In this document: positions 23,255-33,045 of the stretch, in pieces | How positions within the stretch are numbered: position 1 is the first letter of the stretch | Layout: each line of letters opens with the position of its first letter | Origin: Candidatus Deferrimicrobiaceae bacterium | GTDB taxonomy: Bacteria; Desulfobacterota; Deferrimicrobia; Deferrimicrobiales; Deferrimicrobiaceae | Reading direction: 5' to 3' | Length of the DNA stretch: 48,091 nt | NCBI GenBank assembly: GCA_049578085.1 | Contig: JBAULH010000008.1 | Span: forward strand, 1 to 48,091 | Made by a program: the position numbers and the translations under genes | The notes under the pieces: model-generated | What the model was told of the DNA's origin: nothing | What the model saw: only the letters and a program-made list of their open reading frames with translations | Database searches by the model: none

Positions 23255-24310
23255 GTGAAAAAACCGGTCACCTACGCCTCCGCCGGCGTGAACATCGACG
23301 AGGGGGACCGCCTGGTTTCCCTCATCCGCCCGATCGTCAGGACGACGCACCGCAGGGAGGTTCTGGGTGGCATCGGAGGGTTCGCCGGATTCTTCCGGTT
23401 CCCCGCGGGGAAATACCGCGATCCCGTACTCGTAGCGGGCACGGACGGCGTGGGGACCAAGGTGAAGGTCGCCGCGATGGCGAGGCGGTTCGGGACGGTG
23501 GGCATCGACCTCGTGGCCATGTGCGTGAACGACATCCTGGTACACGGCGCCGAACCTCTGTTCTTTCTCGATTACTACGCCACGGGAAAGCTCTCCGCGC
23601 GCGACGGTGCCGAGATCGTATCGGGGATCGCGGAGGGATGCCGGCAGGCCGGATGCGCCTTACTCGGAGGAGAGACCGCCGAGATGCCCTCCGTGTATGC
23701 AGCGGGGGAATTCGACCTGGCGGGGTTCGCGGTGGGGGCCGTCGACAGGAAGCGGATCATTACCGGGAGCGCCGTGCGGCCGGGAGACGCCCTGATCGGG
23801 CTTTCCTCCTCGGGGCTTCACAGCAACGGGTATTCGCTTGCGCGGAAGATCGTCTTCGAGAGGATGAAAAAGCGGGTGACGTCCCGGATCCCTGAGTGGG
23901 GCGCGACGGTGGCCGAGGAACTGCTTCGCCCCACGAGGATCTACGTTCGACCGGTGCTCTCCCTTTTCCGGAAGGTAAGAATTTGCGGCATGGCGCACAT
24001 CACGGGGGGCGGGATCATCGGAAACCTCCCGAGAGTCCTTCCCCGCGGACTGGTTGCGGTGGTGGAAAAGGGAACCTGGACGGTGCCGCCGGTCTTCCCC
24101 ACCCTCGTCGAGTCGGCGCGTCTTCCCGAGACCGAGGCGTATCGGACATTCAACATGGGGGTCGGCATGGTCCTGATGGTGCGCCCCGTGGATGCGGACA
24201 GGTCGTTACGCCACTTCCGCAGGAGGGGCATCCCCGCCTTTTCGATCGGGGAGGTCCGAAAGAAAAAGCGCGGGGAGCCCGGAGTCTTGTTTACGGGAGG
24301 GAAATCATGA
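23255..24310 (+). CDS. purM: phosphoribosylformylglycinamidine cyclo-ligase (AIR synthetase)
   Basis: 351 aa with a GTG start after GAGGGG. It is collinear by eye with E. coli PurM (YASAGVNIDEG, GTDGVGTK, DLVAMCVNDILVHGAEPLFFLDYYATGKL, GGETAEMP). Confidence 0.95.
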   Translation: MKKPVTYASAGVNIDEGDRLVSLIRPIVRTTHRREVLGGIGGFAGFFRFPAGKYRDPVLVAGTDGVGTKVKVAAMARRFGTVGIDLVAMCVNDILVHGAEPLFFLDYYATGKLSARDGAEIVSGIAEGCRQAGCALLGGETAEMPSVYAAGEFDLAGFAVGAVDRKRIITGSAVRPGDALIGLSSSGLHSNGYSLARKIVFERMKKRVTSRIPEWGATVAEELLRPTRIYVRPVLSLFRKVRICGMAHITGGGIIGNLPRVLPRGLVAVVEKGTWTVPPVFPTLVESARLPETEAYRTFNMGVGMVLMVRPVDADRSLRHFRRRGIPAFSIGEVRKKKRGEPGVLFTGGKS

Positions 24311-24963
24311 GCGAAAGACCGTCGATTGCCGTGCTCGTCTCGGGAAGCGGGTCCAACCTGCAGGCGATTATCGACGCCTCCGAGAGAGGGGATATCCCCT
24401 GCCAGGTCGGAATCGTCATCAGCAATAGGGCGGATGCGTATGGGCTGGTCCGGGCGAAGAAGCACGGCATCCCCACGGAAGTGGTCGACCACAAAGGGTT
24501 TGCGACACGGGAGGAATTCGATGCGAGACTGGTCGAGGTCATCCGGGGAAGCGGGGAGGATCTGGTCTGCCTGGCCGGCTTCATGCGGGTTCTCACTCCG
24601 GTCTTCGTCCGCGCCTTTCCGAACCGGATCCTGAACATCCACCCCGCGCTCCTCCCCTCCTTTCCCGGGACGCACGGACCCGGGCAGGCGCTCGCCCACG
24701 GGGTCCGCTTTTCGGGGTGCACCGTTCATTTCCTCGACGAAGGCGTCGACACCGGCCCCATCATCGTGCAGGCAATCGTCCCCGTATACGACGACGACAC
24801 GGAGGACACGCTCGCGGCGCGGATTCTCGTGCAGGAGCACCGGATCTATCCGATGGCGATCCGCCTGTTCTTCTCGGGAAAGCTCGCGGTCGAGGGGAGA
24901 AGGGTCAAGGTCCGGGGGGAGCCGAAAATCCCCGAGTTTTTCCACCGGAACCCGGACGTGTAG
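24307..24963 (+). CDS. purN: phosphoribosylglycinamide formyltransferase
   Basis: The ATG at 24307 overlaps the purM TGA as ATGA. Motifs present: VLVSGSGSNLQAIID, CLAGFMRVL, NIHPALLPSFPG and GCTVHFLDEGVDTGPII. Confidence 0.93.
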   Translation: MSERPSIAVLVSGSGSNLQAIIDASERGDIPCQVGIVISNRADAYGLVRAKKHGIPTEVVDHKGFATREEFDARLVEVIRGSGEDLVCLAGFMRVLTPVFVRAFPNRILNIHPALLPSFPGTHGPGQALAHGVRFSGCTVHFLDEGVDTGPIIVQAIVPVYDDDTEDTLAARILVQEHRIYPMAIRLFFSGKLAVEGRRVKVRGEPKIPEFFHRNPDV

Positions 24964-24972
24964 ATTCCTCCG

Positions 24973-25584
24973 TCATTCCCAGCGCAGGAAAAAGAGGTAC
25001 CCCCAGTATTTCCACCCCTCCACGAGGAACAGGCGCGGCAGCCGGCGCCACGCTCCCTTTCGCCTCCAGTTCGAGACCACCGGGATCACCGATATCGAAA
25101 CGCCGGGGGGCAGGACCTTTCGCAAGGCGAGGTAGGCCCTTGGAACGTGGTAGTCGGAGGTCACGAGAATCACCTCCCGGTACCCCCCGGAAACCACGGC
25201 CGATTTTGCCGAGAAGGCGTTTTCCAGCGTGTTCTCCGACCACCCCTCGATGTGGATCCTCAGGAGCTCTGCGGGAGAAACTTCCGTGCCCGCGGGAAGA
25301 ATGCTCGAAAGCGTTGCCTCCCGCCCCGCCCCGAGGATGAAAAGCTCCTTCCCCTTCCCCTCTTTCCAGGCGCGAAAACCCTCGGGGATCCGGTTCTCCC
25401 CGCCGACCAGCACAAGGATGGCGTCCGCCGCCTCTCCAGATGAAGGCGCCTCGCCACGCGCAAGAAGGTGGGGAATCGCCGCACCGGTGGCAAGGAGGAG
25501 GACCAAGGTGATGGCGGCCAGGCGAACCCTGTTCTTTTTCCGTGGGGCTCCCAACCGAAATTGATCTTGCCTTCGCCCTAGCAT
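24973..25584 (-). CDS. DUF218 (YdcF/SanA/ElyC-like) membrane-anchored protein
   Basis: I chose the start at ATG 25584 (MLGRRQDQ... then the TM helix LAAITLVLLLATGAAI). Motifs present: ADAILVLVGGENR and LVTSDYHVPRA. The longer track ORF would run antisense through rpmB. Confidence 0.8.
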   Translation of the reverse strand: MLGRRQDQFRLGAPRKKNRVRLAAITLVLLLATGAAIPHLLARGEAPSSGEAADAILVLVGGENRIPEGFRAWKEGKGKELFILGAGREATLSSILPAGTEVSPAELLRIHIEGWSENTLENAFSAKSAVVSGGYREVILVTSDYHVPRAYLALRKVLPPGVSISVIPVVSNWRRKGAWRRLPRLFLVEGWKYWGYLFFLRWE

Positions 25585-25623
25585 CCGTGATATTTTCCTT
25601 TGGTTTTCATTCCGGAGGATACC

Positions 25624-25812
25624 ATGGCCAAGTGCTCGATTTGCGGAAAAGGACCCAATTTCGGGAACAGCGTTTCCCACGCCAACAACCGTTCCCGGAA
25701 AAAATGGAAGCCCAACGTGCAACGGGTGAAGATGGTCACCAACGGAACCGTTCGCCGCGTTCACGTCTGCACGCAGTGCATCAAGTCCGGGCGGATAACG
25801 AAAGCCCTCTGA
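25624..25812 (+). CDS. rpmB: 50S ribosomal protein L28
   Basis: GGAGGATACC ATG, then MAKCSICGKGPNFGNSVSHANNRSRKKWKPNVQ... Confidence 0.93.
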   Translation: MAKCSICGKGPNFGNSVSHANNRSRKKWKPNVQRVKMVTNGTVRRVHVCTQCIKSGRITKAL

Positions 25813-25813
25813 T

Positions 25814-26194
25814 TCATCCGACCAACGCAACCGCGTCGATTTCCACCAGCGCTCCCGCCGGAAGCTTCGCCACCTGGATGGTCGCGCGCGCCGGCGGGTT
25901 TTCCGGGAAAAACGTTCCGTACACCGCGTTCATCGCCGGAAAATCGGACAGGTCGACGAGATAGACGGTCGTCTTGGCGACCGACTTTAGGGAGGCGCCG
26001 CCCGCCTCCAGAACCGCGGCCAGGTTGCGCAGCACCCGTTCGGTCTGGGCCTCTATTCCTCCTTCGACCATCTTCCCCGTGGCGGGGTCGAGCGGAATCT
26101 GCCCCGAACAGAACAGGAAGCCCCCCGAAAGGATGGCCTGGGAATAGGGCCCGATGGCCGCCGGCGCCTTGCCCGTTCGCACCGTTTCCCGCAT
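25814..26194 (-). CDS. ridA: RidA/YjgF-family reactive-intermediate deaminase
   Basis: 126 aa with APAAIGPYSQAI...SGQIPLDP...ARATIQVAKLPAGALVEI. Confidence 0.9.
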   Translation of the reverse strand: MRETVRTGKAPAAIGPYSQAILSGGFLFCSGQIPLDPATGKMVEGGIEAQTERVLRNLAAVLEAGGASLKSVAKTTVYLVDLSDFPAMNAVYGTFFPENPPARATIQVAKLPAGALVEIDAVALVG

Positions 26195-26197
26195 CTC

Positions 26198-28342
26198 CTA
26201 CCCCTTCCCCCGCTCCACGGAATAGACGTTTTTTACTTTCTCGATCGACTTGATCAGTGTGGCAAGATGCTTTGCGTTGCTTACCGCGACCTCGAAGCTG
26301 CAGATGGCTCGTTTGTCCCGCGTGGTCATGACCACGGCGCGGCGAATGTCGACGTCGCTCGCCGTGATGGTCCGGGAGATGTCGGCGAGCAGCCCGGGCT
26401 TGTCCGCGCAGATGACCTTCAGCTTCACGGGATGGGCGGCCTTTGTCCCCTCCTCCCACGCCACCTCGATCGCCCGGCCGGGGTCCGTCTCCAGGGCTTT
26501 CGGGCAGTTCCTCGCGTGGATGGTCACCCCCCGTCCCCTTGTGATGAACCCGACGATGGGGTCACCGGGCACGGGATGGCAGCAGTTCGCCAGGCGGACG
26601 AAGATGTCGTCCACACCCTTGACGATGATCGCGCTCTGCTTCCTCGTGGTGACGCGCTTGATGAGGGCTTCGAGTCGGGACTCCTTCCCCTTTTCCTGCA
26701 GCTGTTCCGGCGGGACAAGGCGTCGCAGCAGCGGGAACAGGGAGGTCTTCCCGTACCCGAGGGCGATGCAGTAGTCGTCAGCGGCCTTGAAGCGGTTTTC
26801 CTCGAGGACTTCCGCGAACTCCTTGGACTTCAATGTCTTCGCCAGGGAGAGGGAATGCTTTCGCAGCTCCCGCTCCAGGATCTGGCGTCCCACCGTCAGG
26901 CTGTGCTCCTGCTGCTCCTGCCGGATGAACGCGCGGATCTTGTTGAGCGCCCTGCTGGTCTTGGCGATCTTTAGCCAGTCCCGGCTCGGTTTGTGCGACG
27001 CGTTGGTGATGATCTCGACCACGTCCCCGTTCTTCAGGGACACCTTGAGAGGAACCATCCTCCCGTTCACCTTCGCTCCGACGCACTGGTTCCCGACCTC
27101 GGTGTGGATCGCGTAGGCGAAATCGATGGGCGTCGCGCCGCGCGGCAGCTCCTTCACGTCCCCGCGGGGGGTGAACACGTACACCTCCTCGGGGAAGAGC
27201 TCGACTTTCACGGTGTCGAGAAACTCCCGCGGATCCTTCATTTCCTGCTGCAGCTCGAGGATCTGGCGGAGCCACACGAACATCTGGTCGCCCTTGTCCG
27301 TGACCTGCTTCCCTTCCTTGTACCGCCAGTGCGCCGCGACCCCGTACTCCGCCAGGCCGTGCATCTCCTCGGTACGGATCTGGATTTCCATCAGCTCGGC
27401 GTTGAGTCCGAACACCGTGGTGTGGAGGGACTGGTAGAAGTTCGCCTTGGGCATCGCGATGTAGTCCTTGAATCTCCCCGGGACGGGGCGGAACAGGCTG
27501 TGCACGATGCCGAGCGCCTCGTAGCACTCCCGGATCGTCTTCGCGATGATGCGGAACCCGAGGAGGTCGTAGATCTGCTCGAAGTCGATCTCCTGCCTCG
27601 CCATCTTGGTGAAGATGCCCGAGATGTGCTTGGAGCGGCCCGTGACCGACGCATCGACCTTGGCTTCACGAAGCTTTCCTTCCAGGAGGGTGATCACCTT
27701 CTGGATGTGCTCCTCCCGGCCGCGCTTCCGTTCGTCGGCGGCACGGACAAGCTCCCGGTAATCGTCCGGGTGGAGGATCGCGAAGCATTTGTCCTCGAGC
27801 TCCATCTTCACGCGGGACATTCCGAGGCGGCTCGCGATCGGGGCGTAGATTTCCTGGGTTTCGCGGGCGCTGGCAACCTGCCGGTCCGCAGAGAGGTGAT
27901 CGATCGTCCGCACGTTGTGGATCCGGTCCGCGAGCTTGACGAGGATCACGCGGATATCCTTCCCCATGGCGAGGATCATCTTCCGGAGGGATTCGGCCTT
28001 CTGGTCGGCCACGTCCGAGATGACGACACGGCTGATCTTGGTGACCCCGTCCACCAGCTCGGCGACATGTTCCCCGAACAGCTCCCGGATCTCGTCGATG
28101 GTGGCAACCGTGTCCTCCACGGTGTCGTGGAGCAGGCCCGTGGCGATCGTTTCGTCGTCCAGGTTCCATTCGGCCAGAATGTAGGAGACGTTCAGGGGGT
28201 GAATGAGGTAGGGCTCCCCCGATTCTCGCAACTGTCCGTGGTGAACCTTCGCCGTGAAAACGTAGGCCTTCTGGATGAGCTCGATGTTGGCCGTCGGCCG
28301 GGAAGCCTGGATGCGGTCGATGATGTCGTTGAGTCGGAGCAT
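26198..28342 (-). CDS. rel: bifunctional (p)ppGpp synthetase/hydrolase (RelA/SpoT homologue)
   Basis: 714 aa with the HD hydrolase domain (HPLNV...LLHDTVEDT), the synthetase domain (RSKHISGIFTKM, YQSLHTTV), and TGS and ACT regions. Confidence 0.95.
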   Translation of the reverse strand: MLRLNDIIDRIQASRPTANIELIQKAYVFTAKVHHGQLRESGEPYLIHPLNVSYILAEWNLDDETIATGLLHDTVEDTVATIDEIRELFGEHVAELVDGVTKISRVVISDVADQKAESLRKMILAMGKDIRVILVKLADRIHNVRTIDHLSADRQVASARETQEIYAPIASRLGMSRVKMELEDKCFAILHPDDYRELVRAADERKRGREEHIQKVITLLEGKLREAKVDASVTGRSKHISGIFTKMARQEIDFEQIYDLLGFRIIAKTIRECYEALGIVHSLFRPVPGRFKDYIAMPKANFYQSLHTTVFGLNAELMEIQIRTEEMHGLAEYGVAAHWRYKEGKQVTDKGDQMFVWLRQILELQQEMKDPREFLDTVKVELFPEEVYVFTPRGDVKELPRGATPIDFAYAIHTEVGNQCVGAKVNGRMVPLKVSLKNGDVVEIITNASHKPSRDWLKIAKTSRALNKIRAFIRQEQQEHSLTVGRQILERELRKHSLSLAKTLKSKEFAEVLEENRFKAADDYCIALGYGKTSLFPLLRRLVPPEQLQEKGKESRLEALIKRVTTRKQSAIIVKGVDDIFVRLANCCHPVPGDPIVGFITRGRGVTIHARNCPKALETDPGRAIEVAWEEGTKAAHPVKLKVICADKPGLLADISRTITASDVDIRRAVVMTTRDKRAICSFEVAVSNAKHLATLIKSIEKVKNVYSVERGKG

Positions 28343-28356
28343 CGCGGGCTACGGCG

Positions 28357-28551
28357 TTATCGCTTGACCCGCACCGTCCCCTGGGCAATCTCGCGGAGCG
28401 CCACCACGGTGGGCTTGTCCCTCCGATGAGATGTGTCAATCGATGCTCCCACCCCGCCCAGGAGCTGCTTGGCCCTTTTCGCCGCCACAACGGTCAGTTC
28501 AAAGTGGCTTTCCACTTTCTCAAGGCAATCCTCAACCGTCACTCGCGCCAT
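28357..28551 (-). CDS. rpoZ: DNA-directed RNA polymerase subunit omega
   Basis: 64 aa: [30 protein letters not shown]. Confidence 0.9.
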   Translation of the reverse strand: MARVTVEDCLEKVESHFELTVVAAKRAKQLLGGVGASIDTSHRRDKPTVVALREIAQGTVRVKR

Positions 28552-29171
28552 GGTTTTCCCTTTCCGCTTCCGTCAAAGATATTCGCCAGCCTATCGAACG
28601 CCCGCTCCCGCCGGAGGCGGGCCGCGCGCACGATCCACTCCACCCTGCTCACCGCCGCCTCGAGGTCGTCGTTCACCACGAGGTAATCGTACGAAAGGAG
28701 CTCCCGCGCCTCGTCGTCCGAAGCCCGGAGGCGAGCTCTCACCTCCTCGGCGCTGTCCCTTCCTCTCCCGATCAGCCTGTTCTCGAGGGAACGCCGGTCG
28801 GGCGGAAAGACGGCGATCAGGATTGCGCCCGGAAGTTCCTTCTTCACCTTTTTTCCGCCCTGGACGTCGATCTCCAGGACGGCGTCCTTCCCGCGGGAGA
28901 CGATGGAACGAACCGCCTCCCGCGAAGTCCCGTAACGGTGTCCGTACACGGAGGCGAATTCCAGAAACTCCCGTGAAACTGTCATTTTATCAAATTTTTC
29001 CGGCTCGATGAAATAATAGTCGGTACCGTCCACCTCCCCCTGCTTCCGGGGACGGGTGGTATAGGATATGGAAAGTTCCATGTTATCGAGTCGTTTGACG
29101 AGCATCCGGCAGATGGTGGTCTTCCCCGAACCGGACGGGGCAGAAATGACGATGACGTCCCCCTTCTCCAT
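28539..29171 (-). CDS. gmk: guanylate kinase
   Basis: 210 aa with [11 protein letters not shown] (P-loop), [19 protein letters not shown] and YGT. Confidence 0.93.
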   Translation of the reverse strand: MEKGDVIVISAPSGSGKTTICRMLVKRLDNMELSISYTTRPRKQGEVDGTDYYFIEPEKFDKMTVSREFLEFASVYGHRYGTSREAVRSIVSRGKDAVLEIDVQGGKKVKKELPGAILIAVFPPDRRSLENRLIGRGRDSAEEVRARLRASDDEARELLSYDYLVVNDDLEAAVSRVEWIVRAARLRRERAFDRLANIFDGSGKGKPWRE

Positions 29172-29174
29172 GCG

Positions 29175-30053
29175 TCACTCCACGTTCTGGATCTGTTCCC
29201 GGATCTTTTCCAGCTCCGTCTTCCCGGCGACCACCCTCTCCGATATGCCCGCGTGCGCAGACTTGGACGATGCCGTGTTCAGTTCCCGGAACGCTTCCTG
29301 GACGAGGAAATCGAACCGCTTCCCCACCGCCTCTCCGGCGATCGCCATCAGCCCCTCCATGCCCGACAGGTGGGAGGACAGCCGGTCGCATTCCTCGGAG
29401 ATGTCCAGCCGGTCGATAAGGAATGCCGCCTCCTGCTGCACGCGCGCGGGGTCGACCCCTGCCTCGCCGGAAAGGGCCTCGATCCGCTCGCGGAACCGGG
29501 CCCGGACAAGCTCCTTGTTCTCGGCGGAAAGACCGGAAATCTCCGCCGACAGGCCCTGCAACTTCGTAACCGCCTGCACGATCACGTCGCGGAGCCGCCC
29601 CCCCTCCTCCCGCCTCGACGAGACGAGCATCGACAGGGCATCCCGCACCGCACCCTCCCCGAGAACCCAATTCGCCTCCGCCGGGTCGTTCCCCTCCGGG
29701 GCGAACACGAAGATGTCGGGTACCCCGACCAGGTCGCGGAACGAAAGTTCCATCGGCAGGGAATACTCCTCCCGTATCCGGTTCGCCTCCGCGAGGAACG
29801 AGGAGAGAAGCCCGTGATTCACCCGGACGGCGGTTCCCGCCCGGCCCCACTCCCGGATGTTGAGAAAGACGTCCACCTTTCCCCGCCGGAGCACCTGCCT
29901 GACCATCGACCGGATTCGCTGTTCCCACGAAAAAAATCTCGCGGGACACCGCACATGGATGTCCAGGAACCGGTGGTTGACGGACCGGACCTCCGCGGTC
30001 ACCAGGATGTCCTCGCCGTGACGGTCTCCCCTTCCGAACCCGGTCATGCTCAT
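29175..30053 (-). CDS. yicC: YicC-family stress-induced protein
   Basis: It starts MSMTGFGRG...VNHRFLD and ends with the conserved C-terminus REQIQNVE. I chose the ATG at 30053 because it overlaps the upstream TGA as ATGA. In-frame ATGs at 30059 and 30047 are alternatives. Confidence 0.85.
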   Translation of the reverse strand: MSMTGFGRGDRHGEDILVTAEVRSVNHRFLDIHVRCPARFFSWEQRIRSMVRQVLRRGKVDVFLNIREWGRAGTAVRVNHGLLSSFLAEANRIREEYSLPMELSFRDLVGVPDIFVFAPEGNDPAEANWVLGEGAVRDALSMLVSSRREEGGRLRDVIVQAVTKLQGLSAEISGLSAENKELVRARFRERIEALSGEAGVDPARVQQEAAFLIDRLDISEECDRLSSHLSGMEGLMAIAGEAVGKRFDFLVQEAFRELNTASSKSAHAGISERVVAGKTELEKIREQIQNVE

Positions 30054-30604
30054 CCACATCCGCAGGATTCCCCTTTCCGTCCCCGTTTTTCCCCTGCCCG
30101 GCAAAGCGTGCGCAGCATCGTAAGGAAGGTGCGGATCTCCGGCGACGCAATGTCGGGGTACGTCCACGGCAACGGCCGGTACTCCCCCTTTTCGAAGACG
30201 AGCGTCAGGTCCGCGAATACCCCGTCGCGCAGGTAGATCCGGTGGCTGTAGTTTTTCCCCGTGGCGAGGACGACGTTCTCGTCCGTCAGCAGCCCCGGGT
30301 CGATGTTCACGTTCCGCTTCCCGTCGACCGAGAATTCCGACTCGATCGACTCTGCGGCAAGTTTCGCCTGCACCAGGTCCTCCCGTACCACATCATCGGC
30401 CGCCAGGAGAAACCGGCGGAACAGCGGCGCCCCCATCTCCCTTTCGTAATAATCGGACCGGTCGAAGGGAAACGGACCGCTTGCGTATTCGATTCTCCCG
30501 ATCCGCCCATGGATCGTCCGGACGGCCTTTTCGAAATCCTCGTCGTCCCGGTAGATCACCGAGAACAGCAACCTGGCTGCCGGAGGGATTTTCCGTTGGC
30601 TCAA
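30050..30604 (-). CDS. DUF4416-family protein
   Basis: It reads LLFSVIYRDDEDFE...FDRSDYYEREMG...NIDPGLL...VLATGKNYSHRIYLRDGVFADLTL...WTYPDI. No in-frame ATG is available. The TTG at 30604-30602 overlaps the rfaE1 TGA as TTGA. The 339-aa track ORF is an R/G-rich extension that overlaps rfaE1. Confidence 0.65.
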   Translation of the reverse strand: MSQRKIPPAARLLFSVIYRDDEDFEKAVRTIHGRIGRIEYASGPFPFDRSDYYEREMGAPLFRRFLLAADDVVREDLVQAKLAAESIESEFSVDGKRNVNIDPGLLTDENVVLATGKNYSHRIYLRDGVFADLTLVFEKGEYRPLPWTYPDIASPEIRTFLTMLRTLCRAGEKRGRKGESCGCG

Positions 30605-31674
30605 CGGGAGGAGGGCTCCCTTCCCCCACCCCGCGTCGCGCCTCCCGTTTCCGCGAGAGCCGCCTCGCGCTCCTTCTCCCGCATCCGAAGGGCCCGGGCA
30701 AGCTTTTCCGCTGTGATGGGCGCGGTCCCCACCTCGCCCACGACGACCCCGGCGGCCACGTTCGCAAGGAGGGCGGCATCCCGAAGCGGCGCCCCCGCGC
30801 CCAATCCCGTCGCAAGGGTGCCGATCACGGTGTCCCCGGCGCCGGTCACGTCGAACACCTGGCGCCCCTGCGCCGGTATGTGGAAGAAAGGCCGGCGGCC
30901 GCGTTCGACCAGGCTCATCCCTTCCTCCCCCCGGGTCAGAAGAATCGCGTTTGCTCCCGTCTTCCGCAGGAGCGCCTTTCCCCCCTTCCAGATCGCCAGG
31001 TCTCCCCGAAGCTCCCGGCCCCCGAGCGCTGCCTCGGCCTCGGTCCTGTTGGGAGTTATCACGGTGCATCCGCGGTAATAGGCGAAATCGGTCTGTTTCG
31101 GGTCGACCGCGACGAACACCCCCTTCTTCCTCGCCGCCGCGGCCACCTCCTCCACGAGCTCGCGGGAGAGGGCGCCCTTCCGGTAGTCGGAAAGGACCAC
31201 CCCGTCCGCCCGGCCGAGCGCCGCGAGCACGCGGGTTTTGAGCGCATTGCGGGCCTTGTCGGTCGGGGGCTCCTTCTTTTCCCGGTCGACGCGGACCACC
31301 TGCTGCTGGTGGGCGATGACGCGCGTCTTGACAGTCGTCGGACGATCCGGGTCAACAACGAGTCCCGCCACGCCGATGCCCCGGGTCCGCAGCATGCGCG
31401 CGATCTCGCGGCCCGCCGGGTCGGCTCCCACGAGGCCGGCAACGTCCACTCCCGCTCCCAGCAAGGCGACGTTCAGCGCCACGTTGGCCGCCCCTCCGAG
31501 CGTCCGGGTGTCCCGGATCACGGCGACGACCGGGACCGGGGCCTCCGGGGAGATCCTCCTTACGTCCCCCCAGACGTACTCGTCCAGCATGATATCCCCG
31601 ACCACCAGGAGGCGGCAGGAGGGAAACCGCCCGATGTATCCGAACGCCCGGGCGATGAATCCGTCGTCATTCAT
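30601..31674 (-). CDS. rfaE1: D-glycero-beta-D-manno-heptose-7-phosphate kinase (RfaE domain I only; PfkB family)
   Basis: 357 aa with LVVGDIMLDEYVWGDVRRISPEAPVPVV, GGAANVA and DVTGAGDTV. No adenylyltransferase domain follows. Confidence 0.88.
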   Translation of the reverse strand: MNDDGFIARAFGYIGRFPSCRLLVVGDIMLDEYVWGDVRRISPEAPVPVVAVIRDTRTLGGAANVALNVALLGAGVDVAGLVGADPAGREIARMLRTRGIGVAGLVVDPDRPTTVKTRVIAHQQQVVRVDREKKEPPTDKARNALKTRVLAALGRADGVVLSDYRKGALSRELVEEVAAAARKKGVFVAVDPKQTDFAYYRGCTVITPNRTEAEAALGGRELRGDLAIWKGGKALLRKTGANAILLTRGEEGMSLVERGRRPFFHIPAQGRQVFDVTGAGDTVIGTLATGLGAGAPLRDAALLANVAAGVVVGEVGTAPITAEKLARALRMREKEREAALAETGGATRGGGREPSSR

Positions 31675-31831
31675 ACGGGGTCGCTTCGTCGATGAGGAGA
31701 ATGGGAATCCCGTCGTCGATGCGGTATCCCAGGCGGCACGCCTCGCAACGGAGTTCGGACTCCTCCGGGGTCAGCAAAAGCCCTCCCTTGCACTTCGGGC
31801 AAGCCAGGATCTCCAGCAGTTCCTCGTCCAT
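31667..31831 (-). CDS. ycaR: Trm112/YcaR-like (UPF0434) zinc-ribbon protein, 54 aa
   Basis: Below the ORF-track cut-off and found by hand: GGGAGGG N8 ATG, then MDEELLEILACPKCKGGLLLTPEESELRCEACRLGYRIDDGIPILLIDEATPYE*. The stop overlaps the rfaE1 start by 8 nt. Confidence 0.8.
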   Translation of the reverse strand: MDEELLEILACPKCKGGLLLTPEESELRCEACRLGYRIDDGIPILLIDEATPYE

Positions 31832-31834
31832 GGG

Positions 31835-33037
31835 CTACCCTCCCTGCTGGCCGGGCAGCAGTTCCCCCACCAGCGTCCAGGTTCGTATCTTCTTGATCTT
31901 CGCGTACAGACGGACGGGAACATGGCGCTCGTCCCGGGAGATCCAGATCCGAAGCTTCCCCTTGTCCTCGACCTTGCCTCCCCTGCGGATTACTGGCTCG
32001 AAGATCATCGTGTCGACCTCCCCCTGTTCCGTCCGGATCTTTTCGTACCCCAGGGGTTTGGCCGATACCTCCCACAATTTTTTCCCTGCGTACATCGGCC
32101 GTTCCTCCTCCCAGGACCAAAGCTCCCGGCTGCGGAAGTAGTACACTACCGAGACGGGGTCGTACACGTTGGGGACGACATCGACTTTCTTTTGGATTCT
32201 CCCGTCCTTCTTGTATCGGTTGACGATCTTCCCTTTTTCCTGGTCATAGATGGACACGTAGTCTTCTTTCCGGCTTCTTTCGAACTCCTGCCGAAGCGGG
32301 GCAATCGTCTGTACATCCAGATAATAGTCGATCGTGTCGTCTATCGGGTAGATCACCGAGAGAAAGTCCGAGGTCCAAGCGCGCACGCGGAGATGGTACG
32401 CCTCCTTTCCCGACAGGAGTACCTTCCCCAGGAAGGAGAACCGGGCATACCCCATCGTGATGCCCAGAAACTCCACCTTGTAGACAAGGTCTTCCTTCTC
32501 TCTCGCCCAGAGCGGGCCTTCCTGGGAAAACACCCTCTCCTCCGGAAGCATGACGATGTCGACCCTGGCTCCCTCGGTACCCGCGCCGGGAACGGGAGCG
32601 GCCGGTCCCATCCGCGGGGGCAGGGCTGCCACCGTTGCCTCTTCGCCCGAAGACGGCGCCTCCTTCCCCATTCCGGCCGTCTCCAGCGATGATCCCGCCG
32701 TGGTCGTATCCTTCTCCGGAGGGTTCCCGGCGTCGGACTGGCGGGAGGGTTCCGGGGGCGATTCTGCAGTGGGTTCTTCCGGAGCCGTCTCCGGCGGGGA
32801 AACCTTCGGGATCGAGGAAGAGGCTTCTCCGGGCGAAGGGTGCGGTTCCTGCGGTGGGAGAGAAGCGACGGTACCCTCCGCCGGCTTCGCCGCAGGCTCC
32901 GAATCACCGGTCGCCGCAACCGGCGGCGCGGCCTCCTGTGCGGTCTGATGCGTCGCGCGGTAACAACCGGTCGCCAGGAGGACGAGTGCCGCGGCGAGCA
33001 GCAAAGAGCGACGCCATGCCCGGTTTCCCGTGGACAT
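31835..33037 (-). CDS. DUF3108-domain lipoprotein with a long Pro/Glu/Ala-rich linker
   Basis: I prefer the start at ATG 33037 (MSTGNRAWRRSLLLAAALVLLATGC lipobox). A low-complexity region of about 150 aa follows. The C-terminal ~230 aa (VYKVEFLGITMGYARFSF...IWISRDERHVPVRLYAKI) fit my recollection of DUF3108. Confidence 0.75.
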   Translation of the reverse strand: MSTGNRAWRRSLLLAAALVLLATGCYRATHQTAQEAAPPVAATGDSEPAAKPAEGTVASLPPQEPHPSPGEASSSIPKVSPPETAPEEPTAESPPEPSRQSDAGNPPEKDTTTAGSSLETAGMGKEAPSSGEEATVAALPPRMGPAAPVPGAGTEGARVDIVMLPEERVFSQEGPLWAREKEDLVYKVEFLGITMGYARFSFLGKVLLSGKEAYHLRVRAWTSDFLSVIYPIDDTIDYYLDVQTIAPLRQEFERSRKEDYVSIYDQEKGKIVNRYKKDGRIQKKVDVVPNVYDPVSVVYYFRSRELWSWEEERPMYAGKKLWEVSAKPLGYEKIRTEQGEVDTMIFEPVIRRGGKVEDKGKLRIWISRDERHVPVRLYAKIKKIRTWTLVGELLPGQQGG

Positions 33038-33045
33038 CGACCCGT

